DNA from: Escherichia coli
Lineage (GTDB): Bacteria > Pseudomonadota > Gammaproteobacteria > Enterobacterales > Enterobacteriaceae
Direction: 5' to 3' (one strand)
Length of the DNA stretch: 64,000 bases
Assembly: GCF_003334335.1 (NCBI RefSeq)
Contig: NZ_QOWQ01000006.1
Positions 34,319 through 44,279 of this stretch are shown piece after piece; position 1 is the first letter of the stretch; the number at the start of each line of letters is the position of its first letter. Under the pieces are notes generated by a model. The model was not told the origin of the DNA, ran no database searches, and saw only the letters and a program-made list of their open reading frames with translations. The translations under genes and the position numbers were made by a program.

Positions 34319-36178
34319 ATGAGCAAAGGAACGACCAGCCAGGATGCCCCGTTCGGGACATTATTGGGCTACGCCCCAGGTGGGGTAGCAATCTACTCTT
34401 CAGATTACAGTTCTCTCGATCCGCAGGAATACGAAGATGACGCCGTATTCCGTAGCTATATCGACGACGAATATATGGGCCACAAGTGGCAATGCGTTGA
34501 ATTTGCTCGCCGTTTTCTCTTTCTGAATTACGGTGTGGTCTTTACTGACGTGGGTATGGCGTGGGAGATTTTCTCGCTGCGCTTCCTGCGAGAAGTGGTT
34601 AATGACAACATCCTGCCATTGCAGGCATTTCCTAACGGCTCGCCGCGTGCGCCGGTCGCGGGTGCGCTTCTTATCTGGGATAAAGGCGGTGAATTTAAAG
34701 ACACTGGCCATGTCGCCATCATTACCCAATTGCATGGCAACAAAGTCCGTATTGCGGAACAGAACGTGATTCATTCCCCGTTGCCGCAAGGGCAACAGTG
34801 GACGCGCGAGCTGGAGATGGTGGTCGAAAACGGCTGCTATACCCTGAAAGACACTTTTGATGACACCACCATTCTGGGCTGGATGATCCAGACGGAAGAT
34901 ACTGAATACAGCTTACCGCAGCCGGAAATTGCAGGCGAGCTGCTGAAAATCAGCGGAGCGCGCCTGGAAAACAAAGGCCAGTTTGACGGTAAATGGCTGG
35001 ATGAAAAAGATCCGCTGCAAAACGCCTATGTGCAGGCCAACGGTCAGGTGATCAATCAGGATCCTTATCATTACTACACCATTACCGAGAGTGCCGAGCA
35101 GGAGCTAATTAAAGCCACCAACGAGCTGCACCTGATGTATCTTCACGCAACCGACAAGGTGCTGAAAGATGACAACCTGCTGGCGCTGTTCGACATCCCG
35201 AAAATCCTCTGGCCACGTTTGCGTCTCTCCTGGCAGCGTCGCCGTCACCATATGATCACTGGTCGTATGGATTTCTGCATGGATGAGCGTGGCCTGAAGG
35301 TTTACGAGTACAACGCCGACTCCGCCTCCTGTCATACCGAAGCGGGCTTGATCCTCGAACGTTGGGCGGAGCAGGGCTATAAAGGCAACGGCTTCAATCC
35401 GGCGGAAGGGCTGATTAACGAATTGGCTGGTGCCTGGAAACACAGTCGTGCACGTCCGTTTGTCCATATCATGCAGGACAAAGATATCGAGGAAAACTAT
35501 CACGCGCAGTTTATGGAGCAGGCGCTGCACCAGGCGGGCTTTGAAACGCGTATCTTGCGTGGATTGGATGAACTGGGCTGGGATGCTGCCGGGCAACTGA
35601 TTGATGGGGAAGGGCGACTGGTTAACTGCGTGTGGAAAACCTGGGCGTGGGAAACCGCGTTTGATCAGATTCGTGAAGTTAGCGACCGTGAGTTTGCTGC
35701 GGTGCCAATCCGTACCGGTCATCCGCAAAACGAAGTGCGTCTTATCGACGTATTGCTGCGCCCGGAAGTGCTGGTCTTTGAGCCGCTGTGGACGGTGATC
35801 CCCGGCAACAAAGCGATTCTGCCGATCCTCTGGTCGCTGTTCCCGCACCATCGTTACCTGCTGGATACCGATTTCACTGTTAATGATGAACTGGTGAAAA
35901 CAGGTTACGCAGTGAAACCGATCGCCGGTCGCTGTGGCAGCAATATCGACCTCGTCAGCCATCATGAAGAGGTGCTGGACAAAACCAGCGGTAAATTTGC
36001 CGAGCAGAAAAACATCTATCAGCAACTGTGGTGTTTGCCGAAAGTGGACGGTAAATACATTCAGGTATGTACCTTCACCGTTGGCGGCAACTACGGTGGG
36101 ACGTGTTTGCGCGGTGATGAATCACTGGTCATCAAAAAAGAGAGTGATATTGAACCGTTAATTGTGGTGAAAAAGTAA
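34319..36178 (+). CDS. gss: bifunctional glutathionylspermidine synthetase/amidase
   Basis: 619-aa ORF MSKGTTSQDAPFGTLLGYAPGG... with N-terminal CHAP amidase and C-terminal ATP-grasp synthetase. Confidence 0.96.
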   Translation: MSKGTTSQDAPFGTLLGYAPGGVAIYSSDYSSLDPQEYEDDAVFRSYIDDEYMGHKWQCVEFARRFLFLNYGVVFTDVGMAWEIFSLRFLREVVNDNILPLQAFPNGSPRAPVAGALLIWDKGGEFKDTGHVAIITQLHGNKVRIAEQNVIHSPLPQGQQWTRELEMVVENGCYTLKDTFDDTTILGWMIQTEDTEYSLPQPEIAGELLKISGARLENKGQFDGKWLDEKDPLQNAYVQANGQVINQDPYHYYTITESAEQELIKATNELHLMYLHATDKVLKDDNLLALFDIPKILWPRLRLSWQRRRHHMITGRMDFCMDERGLKVYEYNADSASCHTEAGLILERWAEQGYKGNGFNPAEGLINELAGAWKHSRARPFVHIMQDKDIEENYHAQFMEQALHQAGFETRILRGLDELGWDAAGQLIDGEGRLVNCVWKTWAWETAFDQIREVSDREFAAVPIRTGHPQNEVRLIDVLLRPEVLVFEPLWTVIPGNKAILPILWSLFPHHRYLLDTDFTVNDELVKTGYAVKPIAGRCGSNIDLVSHHEEVLDKTSGKFAEQKNIYQQLWCLPKVDGKYIQVCTFTVGGNYGGTCLRGDESLVIKKESDIEPLIVVKK

Positions 36179-36193
36179 TACATGTTGTAGCAA

Positions 36194-36235
36194 CCCCGTA
36201 CTGATTATGAAGAATAATCAGTACGGGGATTAATC
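36194..36235 (+). terminator. rho-independent terminator after gss
   Basis: ccccgtactgattatgaagaataatcagtacgggg perfect hairpin followed by A/T. Confidence 0.7.
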
Positions 36236-36469
36236 AAAATATTCAATATTTATATATTCCAATATTTATTCATTTCATATGTGAATATATTAACCAGTGG
36301 AATACCTGTGTTTTGATTATTTCTAAAGGTTTTGAATGAATGCTTATTGTCTGATACACAAGAAATAACACTCTTTTTATCGTTAAAAAATGATATTTCA
36401 CTTTGCCCATGCCGTTAAAGTCACTGATAATGCGTCCGTTCGTAAATTCAAAATGGCGTAATCTAATAT

Positions 36470-37969
36470 ATGCTAAATTTATTTGTTGGCCTTGATATAT
36501 ACACAGGGCTTTTGTTATTGCTTGCTCTGGCATTTGTGTTGTTCTACGAAGCAATCAATGGTTTTCATGACACGGCGAATGCGGTGGCAGCCGTTATTTA
36601 TACTCGTGCCATGCAACCACAACTTGCTGTGGTGATGGCGGCATTTTTTAACTTTTTTGGCGTGTTATTGGGCGGACTTAGCGTTGCCTATGCCATTGTC
36701 CATATGTTGCCAACCGATTTGTTGCTGAATATGGGGTCAACCCACGGCCTGGCGATGGTCTTTTCCATGCTGCTGGCGGCGATTATCTGGAACCTGGGAA
36801 CGTGGTTCTTCGGTTTACCGGCCTCCAGTTCGCACACCTTGATTGGTGCGATTATCGGCATCGGTTTAACCAACGCGCTGTTAACCGGCTCATCGGTGAT
36901 GGATGCGTTAAACCTGCGTGAAGTGACCAAAATTTTCTCCTCGCTGATTGTTTCCCCTATCGTCGGCCTGGTCATTGCGGGAGGCCTGATATTCCTGCTG
37001 CGACGCTACTGGAGCGGGACGAAAAAGCGTGACCGTATTCACCGCATTCCGGAAGATCGCAAAAAGAAAAAAGGCAAACGTAAACCGCCATTCTGGACGC
37101 GTATTGCGCTGATTGTTTCCGCTGCGGGCGTGGCGTTTTCGCACGGCGCGAACGACGGACAAAAAGGGATCGGCCTGGTAATGCTGGTACTGGTGGGGAT
37201 TGCCCCTGCTGGCTTCGTCGTCAATATGAATGCGTCCGGCTATGAAATTACCCGTACCCGCGATGCCGTTACCAACTTCGAACACTACCTGCAACAGCAT
37301 CCTGAACTGCCGCAGAAGTTGATTGCGATGGAACCTCCATTGCCTGCAGCATCGACTGATGGCACGCAAGTAACAGAGTTTCACTGTCATCCGGCAAATA
37401 CCTTTGATGCTATTGCGCGCGTTAAAACGATGCTGCCAGGCAATATGGAAAGTTACGAGCCGTTAAGCGTGAGTCAGCGCAGCCAGCTGCGCCGCATTAT
37501 GCTGTGCATCTCTGATACCTCCGCGAAGCTAGCGAAACTGCCAGGCGTCAGTAAAGAAGACCAGAACCTGCTGAAAAAACTTCGCAGCGATATGTTAAGC
37601 ACCATTGAGTACGCTCCGGTGTGGATCATCATGGCGGTAGCACTGGCGCTCGGCATTGGCACCATGATTGGCTGGCGTCGTGTAGCGATGACCATCGGTG
37701 AGAAGATTGGTAAGCGCGGCATGACGTATGCGCAAGGCATGGCGGCACAAATGACGGCGGCAGTGTCTATCGGTCTTGCCAGTTATATTGGGATGCCCGT
37801 CTCCACAACACACGTCCTCTCGTCTGCAGTTGCAGGGACGATGGTGGTGGACGGCGGTGGGTTACAGCGTAAAACGGTAACCAGCATCCTGATGGCGTGG
37901 GTATTTACTTTACCGGCGGCAATTTTTCTTTCTGGTGGGCTGTACTGGATAGCATTGCAGTTGATTTAA
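36470..37969 (+). CDS. pitB: low-affinity inorganic phosphate transporter PitB
   Basis: 499-aa PiT-family [42 protein letters not shown]... Confidence 0.95.
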   Translation: MLNLFVGLDIYTGLLLLLALAFVLFYEAINGFHDTANAVAAVIYTRAMQPQLAVVMAAFFNFFGVLLGGLSVAYAIVHMLPTDLLLNMGSTHGLAMVFSMLLAAIIWNLGTWFFGLPASSSHTLIGAIIGIGLTNALLTGSSVMDALNLREVTKIFSSLIVSPIVGLVIAGGLIFLLRRYWSGTKKRDRIHRIPEDRKKKKGKRKPPFWTRIALIVSAAGVAFSHGANDGQKGIGLVMLVLVGIAPAGFVVNMNASGYEITRTRDAVTNFEHYLQQHPELPQKLIAMEPPLPAASTDGTQVTEFHCHPANTFDAIARVKTMLPGNMESYEPLSVSQRSQLRRIMLCISDTSAKLAKLPGVSKEDQNLLKKLRSDMLSTIEYAPVWIIMAVALALGIGTMIGWRRVAMTIGEKIGKRGMTYAQGMAAQMTAAVSIGLASYIGMPVSTTHVLSSAVAGTMVVDGGGLQRKTVTSILMAWVFTLPAAIFLSGGLYWIALQLI

Positions 37970-37977
37970 CCTTCCTG

Positions 37978-38015
37978 AAAATGCCCGGTCCTGGCGATCG
38001 GGCATTTCCATTTTT
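37978..38015. terminator. bidirectional terminator between pitB and yghT
   Basis: aaatgcccggtcctggcgatcgggcattt hairpin followed by T-run. Confidence 0.7.
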
Positions 38016-38017
38016 GA

Positions 38018-38710
38018 CTAGTGATAACCACGCGCGGTCATAAAATCCGTAATCGCTTTTTCTGCATCAACCAACACCTGTTCCAGTGGCTGATTGGCAT
38101 CGATATCAACCAGTTGTGCACCACCAAAGGTTAACTGTGGCGTTATGGCAATCTTCCTCGCCAGCGATTCCCGTTTATGGTCGGGTTTACGTGCACAGGC
38201 AACTTCAAGGTCAACATTGAGTTTGATGACCAGATCAGGCTTATGGCTCGCCATCCAGTGAAACGCTTTACGTTCCTGGCTTGCCAGCCATGAGACAAAA
38301 CGACCACCTTCAACGTTAGGTGGGAACACCGTACCATCGTAAGCGCCAGGAATTTGGTCCTGAGGATAACGGTCGGTTAGAACAATTAACCCGCGACGAC
38401 GACAGGCAAGCATATGACGAAAGCGCAGTAAGCGACGGGCGACAAACGCTGTAATTACCAGCGCCGGAACTGGTCCAGGCAATTTTTTTGCTGTTTTCAC
38501 CTGATTTCGTTCAATTGTTTTATGTAAGGATTTTCCCATCAACGGTAATTTTGTCACTGCACGACCGACATTTCCGGCCTGTTTTCCTAAATGAACTCTT
38601 TCGGCAGCACCATATTTTTCGACAACGGTAATAAGATGTTCACACACCGTTGACTTGCCTGAACCATCGCTACCAATAACGGCAATTAATGGAGGTGTTA
38701 TTGACTGCAT
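38018..38710 (-). CDS. yghT: P-loop NTPase, predicted kinase-like protein YghT
   Basis: 230-aa ORF with N-terminal Walker [10 protein letters not shown]; shares TDRYPQ and RKPDH motifs with yghS and yghR. Confidence 0.85.
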
Positions 38711-38790
38711 GAATATATCCTTTAATTTAAATATCCATTAAAAATATTTATTTGGTTAATATGTTTTTATGAAAGCGTAATTCAGGTCAA

Positions 38791-38814
38791 TGTCACAATT
38801 AACCATTGTCACAA
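38791..38814. promoter_or_regulatory. direct repeat TGTCACAAT x2 in yghT/yghS divergent promoter region
   Basis: tgtcacaattaaccattgtcacaat; the second copy sits in the perfect palindrome ATTGTCACAAT. Confidence 0.3.
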
Positions 38815-38883
38815 TAAGGTTGAACGGATATTCTGAGCACGGACCACGTAATATTCAATACATTATTTACTGCCGGGTTTTTC

Positions 38884-39597
38884 GTGAATCAACGTAATAT
38901 GTCAATAATTAATTCCACGCCAGTGCGTGTTATTGCCATTGTAGGATGTGATGGTTCAGGTAAATCGACCCTCACGGCAAGCCTGGTAAATGAACTGGCA
39001 GCAAGAATGCCAACAGAACACATTTATCTCGGGCAATCGTCCGGGCGAATTGGCGAATGGATTTCACAGCTCCCTGTTATTGGCGCACCTTTTGGGCGTT
39101 ATCTGCGAAGTAAAGCGGCACATGTGCACGAAAAGCCCTCAACACCGCCTGGCAATATTACTGCACTGGTTATCTATCTGCTTTCCTGCTGGCGGGCGTA
39201 CAAGTTTCGCAAAATGTTGTGTAAAAGCCAGCAAGGCTTTCTGCTCATCACCGACCGCTACCCGCAGGTTGAAGTGCCGGGGTTTCGCTTTGATGGCCCG
39301 CAATTGGCAAAAACCACGGGCGGTAACGGTTGGATAAAAATGTTAAGGCAGCGCGAGCTGAAGCTGTACCAATGGATGGCATCTTATTTGCCCGTATTGT
39401 TGATTCGTCTTGGCATTGATGAACAAACCGCGTTTGCGCGTAAACCTGACCACCAACTGGCAGCGTTACAGGAAAAAATCGCCGTTACGCCGCAACTGAC
39501 ATTCAATGGCGCAAAGATCCTTGAACTGGATGGGCGACACCCCGCCGATGAAATTCTGCAAGCGTCACTACGCGCAATTCACGCCGCGCTTTCCTGA
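38884..39597 (+). CDS. yghS: P-loop NTPase, predicted kinase-like protein YghS
   Basis: 237-aa ORF (GTG start) with Walker A GCDGSGKST; paralog of yghT and yghR. Confidence 0.85.
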   Translation: MNQRNMSIINSTPVRVIAIVGCDGSGKSTLTASLVNELAARMPTEHIYLGQSSGRIGEWISQLPVIGAPFGRYLRSKAAHVHEKPSTPPGNITALVIYLLSCWRAYKFRKMLCKSQQGFLLITDRYPQVEVPGFRFDGPQLAKTTGGNGWIKMLRQRELKLYQWMASYLPVLLIRLGIDEQTAFARKPDHQLAALQEKIAVTPQLTFNGAKILELDGRHPADEILQASLRAIHAALS

Positions 39598-39628
39598 TCA
39601 CCAAAATGGATAGGGGATGATTTAACGA

Positions 39629-40387
39629 ATGGATGCACTACAAACTCAAACTGTTAATAGTACAACCGCGCCGCAGCCCAACTACATTCCGGGGCTGATT
39701 GCGGTGGTCGGGTGTGATGGCACCGGTAAATCCACACTGACCACCGACCTGGTGAAATCGCTGCAACAACACTGGCAAACCGAGCGGCGCTATCTGGGGC
39801 TGCTCTCCGGCGAAGACGGCGACAAAATCAAACGATTGCCGTTGGTTGGCGTCTGGCTGGAACGGCGACTGGCGGCCAAATCCTCGAAAACCCAAAGCAT
39901 GAAAACCAAATCTCCGGCGCTATGGGCGGCGGTGATTATGTACTGCTTCTCGCTGCGAAGAATGGCGAATCTACGCAAGGTTCAGCGACTGGCGCAAAGT
40001 GGCGTTCTGGTGGTCAGCGATCGCTTCCCGCAGGCTGAAATTTCGGGCTTTTATTATGATGGACCGGGGATTGGCGTCGAACGTGCGACCGGGAAAATCA
40101 GCATGTTTCTGGCGCAGCGCGAACGGCGTTTATACCAACAAATGGCGCAATATCGCCCGGAATTAATTATTCGCCTGGGCATTGATATTGAGACTGCCAT
40201 CTCCCGCAAGCCTGACCATGACTATGCCGAGCTGCAGGACAAAATCGGTGTCATGTCGAAGATTGGCTATAACGGCACAAAAATTCTTGAGATTGATTCC
40301 AGAGCGCCCTACAGCGAAGTGCTGGAACAGGCACAGAAGGCGGTTTCTCTGGTTGCCATCGTTTCTGACCGCCGAAGTTTAACTTAA
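39629..40387 (+). CDS. yghR: P-loop NTPase, predicted kinase-like protein YghR
   Basis: 252-aa ORF with Walker A GCDGTGKST and the paralog motifs SDRFPQ, SRKPDH. Confidence 0.85.
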   Translation: MDALQTQTVNSTTAPQPNYIPGLIAVVGCDGTGKSTLTTDLVKSLQQHWQTERRYLGLLSGEDGDKIKRLPLVGVWLERRLAAKSSKTQSMKTKSPALWAAVIMYCFSLRRMANLRKVQRLAQSGVLVVSDRFPQAEISGFYYDGPGIGVERATGKISMFLAQRERRLYQQMAQYRPELIIRLGIDIETAISRKPDHDYAELQDKIGVMSKIGYNGTKILEIDSRAPYSEVLEQAQKAVSLVAIVSDRRSLT

Positions 40388-40432
40388 GGCTGGCGGGATA
40401 CTTTTTACTATCAACGATAAGGTCAGGCTGAA

Positions 40433-41782
40433 TTGGCGGGTTTTAACATCAAACATTGGTTTGCAGATGGCGCGTTTCGCACCATTATTCGCAATAGCGC
40501 CTGGTTAGGCTCCAGTAATGTCGTGAGCGCCTTGCTGGGTCTGTTGGCGCTCTCGTGTGCCGGTAAAGGGATGACGCCCGCCATGTTTGGCGTACTGGTG
40601 ATTGTGCAATCGTACGCCAAGTCGATCAGCGATTTTATTAAGTTTCAGACATGGCAACTGGTGGTTCAGTACGGAACACCAGCATTAACCAACAATAATC
40701 CGCAGCAATTCCGCAATGTCGTCTCATTTTCCTTCTCGCTGGATATCGTCAGCGGCGCGGTGGCGATTGTCGGTGGCATTGCCTTACTGCCATTCCTTTC
40801 CCATTCATTAGGTCTGGATGACCAAAGTTTTTGGCTGGCAGCGCTCTATTGCACGCTCATTCCTTCAATGGCTTCCTCCACGCCGACCGGCATTCTGCGT
40901 GCGGTAGATCGCTTCGATTTAATTGCTGTACAGCAGGCGACGAAACCTTTTCTGCGCGCAGCGGGGAGCGTCGTAGCCTGGTATTTTGACTTTGGTTTTG
41001 CGGGTTTTGTTATTGCCTGGTACGTGTCGAATCTGGTTGGCGGCACCATGTACTGGTGGTTTGCCGCGCGCGAATTACGCCGCCGAAATATCCATAACGC
41101 CTTCAAATTGAATCTGTTTGAGTCTGCCCGATACATTAAAGGCGCGTGGAGTTTTGTCTGGTCAACCAACATTGCCCACTCCATCTGGTCGGCGCGTAAC
41201 TCGTGCAGCACAGTGTTGGTGGGGATCGTGTTAGGACCCGCTGCCGCCGGGTTATTTAAAATCGCCATGACATTCTTCGACGCCGCCGGAACGCCAGCGG
41301 GTTTGCTGGGTAAAAGTTTTTACCCAGAGGTGATGCGTTTAGATCCGCGCACCACCAGACCGTGGTTGTTAGGTGTGAAGTCCGGTTTACTGGCGGGCGG
41401 AATCGGTATTCTGGTGGCGCTCGCGGTGTTGATCGTCGGCAAGCCGCTCATTTCGCTGGTGTTTGGCGTTAAGTATCTCGAAGCGTATGACCTGATTCAG
41501 GTGATGCTGGGCGCAATTGTGATTTCGATGCTGGGCTTCCCTCAGGAGTCATTGCTATTGATGGCGGGAAAACAGCGCGCTTTTCTCGTGGCGCAAACCA
41601 TCGCCTCAATCGGCTACATCGTATTGCTGTTCATGTTCTGTCATCTGTTTGGTGTGCTGGGAGCAGCGTTTGCTTACTTCGGTGGGCAATGTCTGGACGT
41701 GGCGCTCTCGTTAATTCCAACCTTAAAGGCATTTTTTCAGCGCCATTCCTTGCTTTATAACGCAGCCGGAGAGAAATCCTGA
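40433..41782 (+). CDS. yghQ: MOP-superfamily (Wzx-like) flippase YghQ, full length
   Basis: 449-aa polytopic ORF; start codon uncertain (track start is TTG); stop overlaps the next gene start (TGATG). Confidence 0.8.
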   Translation: MAGFNIKHWFADGAFRTIIRNSAWLGSSNVVSALLGLLALSCAGKGMTPAMFGVLVIVQSYAKSISDFIKFQTWQLVVQYGTPALTNNNPQQFRNVVSFSFSLDIVSGAVAIVGGIALLPFLSHSLGLDDQSFWLAALYCTLIPSMASSTPTGILRAVDRFDLIAVQQATKPFLRAAGSVVAWYFDFGFAGFVIAWYVSNLVGGTMYWWFAARELRRRNIHNAFKLNLFESARYIKGAWSFVWSTNIAHSIWSARNSCSTVLVGIVLGPAAAGLFKIAMTFFDAAGTPAGLLGKSFYPEVMRLDPRTTRPWLLGVKSGLLAGGIGILVALAVLIVGKPLISLVFGVKYLEAYDLIQVMLGAIVISMLGFPQESLLLMAGKQRAFLVAQTIASIGYIVLLFMFCHLFGVLGAAFAYFGGQCLDVALSLIPTLKAFFQRHSLLYNAAGEKS

Positions 41783-42606
41783 TGATGAGAAAATATTTCC
41801 CGCTTGAGGCGAGCGAGCGTCTATTTGTTGCGATTGAAGAAGATGATGTCGTTGATGCACAGGTTAGTTTGCCGCCGACTATTGCACTAAGTTGTACCAC
41901 CGAAATCATTCATGATAATTACGCGTTATGCCTGCAATTCTGGCTCAATGGCGTTGATCGTCAGGAGTTACTGCGTTTAGTTCGCAAACAAGCCAAAGGC
42001 GATGAGCTGACTGCTGATGAGCGCAAACAATTTAAATACATGCGAGCGCGCTACAAGCACCTGCGTTTTGCGCAACGGCTGTATTTAAAGAAGCATCAGG
42101 CCGGATTTTTATTCGGCAAAACGACCGTTTTTCTGGGGCGTTTTCAGGACGGCTTTCGTAACGGTAAGAAAAATATTGTGTCGTATTACGGCAACCTGTT
42201 ACGGATTTATTTAAGCTCTCCGGTCTGGTCGTTGGTGAACTATTCATTACGCCATAGCCAGTTAGAAAGCGTAAGCAGTTTTATTGCCTATCGGCAAAAG
42301 CAAATGCATACCCTGAAAGAGATTATTGCCAAACCGCGACTAACCGGTAGGGAATTTCATGATGTGCGAAAAATCATCAGCCAGCAGGTTTCTTATTACG
42401 ACACCTTAAGATCGCTTGATCCTGAAAATAAAGAGGCGTTACAGATATCCCGCTTCCTCGCCGCCATTAATGGCCTGATGGGAGATAAACACGACGACAT
42501 GGTGGCGGATGATATGGAAAACCGCCAGTCGTATGATGCACCGGTGGCGCTGGATAGCGATATTCGTCAGCGCTTAGAGCTGCTGATTTCGCGTTTTCCG
42601 CTATAG
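41782..42606 (+). CDS. hypothetical cytoplasmic protein (274 aa), coupled to yghQ
   Basis: ORF MMRKYFPLEASERLFVAIEEDD...; 1-nt overlap with the yghQ stop; no motif I can recognise. Confidence 0.6.
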   Translation: MMRKYFPLEASERLFVAIEEDDVVDAQVSLPPTIALSCTTEIIHDNYALCLQFWLNGVDRQELLRLVRKQAKGDELTADERKQFKYMRARYKHLRFAQRLYLKKHQAGFLFGKTTVFLGRFQDGFRNGKKNIVSYYGNLLRIYLSSPVWSLVNYSLRHSQLESVSSFIAYRQKQMHTLKEIIAKPRLTGREFHDVRKIISQQVSYYDTLRSLDPENKEALQISRFLAAINGLMGDKHDDMVADDMENRQSYDAPVALDSDIRQRLELLISRFPL

Positions 42607-42614
42607 CCGGAGCA

Positions 42615-43178
42615 ATGATGTCATCTCGTTTGATTATTGCGTTGATTATCATGCTCTTAGCCCCGGGTGTGCAGGCACACAATTTCGTCACTGGCAAAAC
42701 GGTTACCCCTGTTTATATCCAGGAAGGCGGCGAGCTGCTTCTGAATAGCGACGACGAAATTCACTACCAAAAGTGGAACAGCACACAATTAGCGGGAAAA
42801 GTCCGCATTATTCAGTATATCGCCGGGCGTAAGTCGGCGAAGAAAAAGAACTCACTGTTAATTAAAGCGGTTGAAGCGGCAAACTTTCCGCAGGATCGTT
42901 TTCAGCCCACCACCATTGTGAACACCGATGATGCCATCTTTGGTACTGGCTATTTTGTTGTTGGCAAAATCGAAAAAAATAAACGCCGCTATCCGTGGGC
43001 GCAATTCGTTATTGACGGCAATGGACAGGGACGCGTTGCCTGGCGCTTGCCGGAGCAGAGTTCAACCATTCTGGTGCTGAATAAAGCCGGGCAAATTCAG
43101 TGGGCAAAGGACGGCAGCCTGACGCCGGAAGAGGTAGATCATGTCATTGCGTTGGCGCAGAAACTGATCAATGAATAA
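42615..43178 (+). CDS. periplasmic YtfJ/HI0045-like protein
   Basis: 187-aa ORF with signal peptide MMSSRLIIALIIMLLAPGVQA and motifs (AGKVRIIQYIAGR, TTIVNTDDAI, QWAKDGSLTPEEV) that I recall from YtfJ. Confidence 0.65.
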   Translation: MMSSRLIIALIIMLLAPGVQAHNFVTGKTVTPVYIQEGGELLLNSDDEIHYQKWNSTQLAGKVRIIQYIAGRKSAKKKNSLLIKAVEAANFPQDRFQPTTIVNTDDAIFGTGYFVVGKIEKNKRRYPWAQFVIDGNGQGRVAWRLPEQSSTILVLNKAGQIQWAKDGSLTPEEVDHVIALAQKLINE

Positions 43179-43208
43179 AAAACTCAAAGGATTGAGGGCG
43201 TTAGTGAG

Positions 43209-44279
43209 ATGAAGCTGGTTGAACACTACATCATGCGTGGTACGCGCCGTCTGGTGCTGATTATCGTCGGTTTTCTGATCTTTATTTTCGCCAGCTACTC
43301 CGCACAGCGTTATCTGACCGAAGCGGCAAATGGGACATTAGCTCTTGATGTTGTGCTGGATATCGTTTTCTACAAAGTACTGATTGCACTGGAGATGTTG
43401 TTACCTGTTGGTCTGTATGTGTCAGTTGGCGTGACGCTAGGGCAGATGTATACCGACTCGGAAATTACCGCTATCTCTGCGGCGGGGGGCAGTCCGGGAC
43501 GCTTGTACAAAGCCGTTCTTTATCTGGCGATACCGCTAAGTATTTTTGTCACCCTTCTGTCGATGTATGGTCGTCCGTGGGCTTATGCGCAGATTTATCA
43601 ACTGGAGCAGCAGTCGCAGTCGGAGCTGGATGTTCGCCAGTTGCGGGCAAAGAAATTTAACACTAACGATAACGGACGAATGATCCTTTCGCAGACGGTT
43701 GATCAGGATAATAATCGCCTGACTGACGCGCTGATTTATACTTCTACTGCCAATCGAACCCGCATTTTCCGCGCCCGTTCGGTTGATGTGGTTGACCCAT
43801 CACCCGAGAAACCGACCGTTATGTTGCACAACGGCACTGCCTATCTTATCGATCATCAGGGGCGTGATGACAACGAACAGATCTACCGTAATCTGCAATT
43901 ACATCTGAATCCGCTGGATCAAAGCCCTAACGTCAAACGCAAAGCGAAATCGGTCACGGAGCTGGCGCGCTCCGTCTTTCCAGCCGATCATGCCGAACTG
44001 CAATGGCGGCAAAGCCGTGGCCTGACCGCATTGTTGATGGCGCTGCTGGCCATTTCATTAAGTCGGGTAAAACCGCGGCAAGGGCGATTTTCAACGTTAT
44101 TGCCACTGACGTTGCTGTTTATTGCCATTTTTTATGGCGGTGACGTCTGCCGTACGCTGGTGGCTAACGGCGCGATTCCCCTCATTCCTGGTTTGTGGTT
44201 AGTACCCGGACTCATGCTAATGGGCCTGCTGATGCTGGTCGCACGCGACTTCTCTTTGCTGCAGAAATTTTCCCGATGA
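43209..44279 (+). CDS. LptF/LptG-family (YjgP/YjgQ) permease, first of pair
   Basis: 356-aa ORF; YTDSEITAISAAG and KPRQGRFSTLLP resemble the LptF motifs YTESEIT and NPRQGR; multiple TM segments with a large periplasmic loop. Confidence 0.75.
   Translation: MKLVEHYIMRGTRRLVLIIVGFLIFIFASYSAQRYLTEAANGTLALDVVLDIVFYKVLIALEMLLPVGLYVSVGVTLGQMYTDSEITAISAAGGSPGRLYKAVLYLAIPLSIFVTLLSMYGRPWAYAQIYQLEQQSQSELDVRQLRAKKFNTNDNGRMILSQTVDQDNNRLTDALIYTSTANRTRIFRARSVDVVDPSPEKPTVMLHNGTAYLIDHQGRDDNEQIYRNLQLHLNPLDQSPNVKRKAKSVTELARSVFPADHAELQWRQSRGLTALLMALLAISLSRVKPRQGRFSTLLPLTLLFIAIFYGGDVCRTLVANGAIPLIPGLWLVPGLMLMGLLMLVARDFSLLQKFSR

Noticed and set aside
38018-40387. YghT/S/R as the missing ABC ATPase partners of the LptF/G-like permeases
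   Set aside because: Walker A is at the extreme N-terminus and there is no ABC signature (LSGGQ), Q-loop or H-loop; a kinase-like P-loop fold is more consistent
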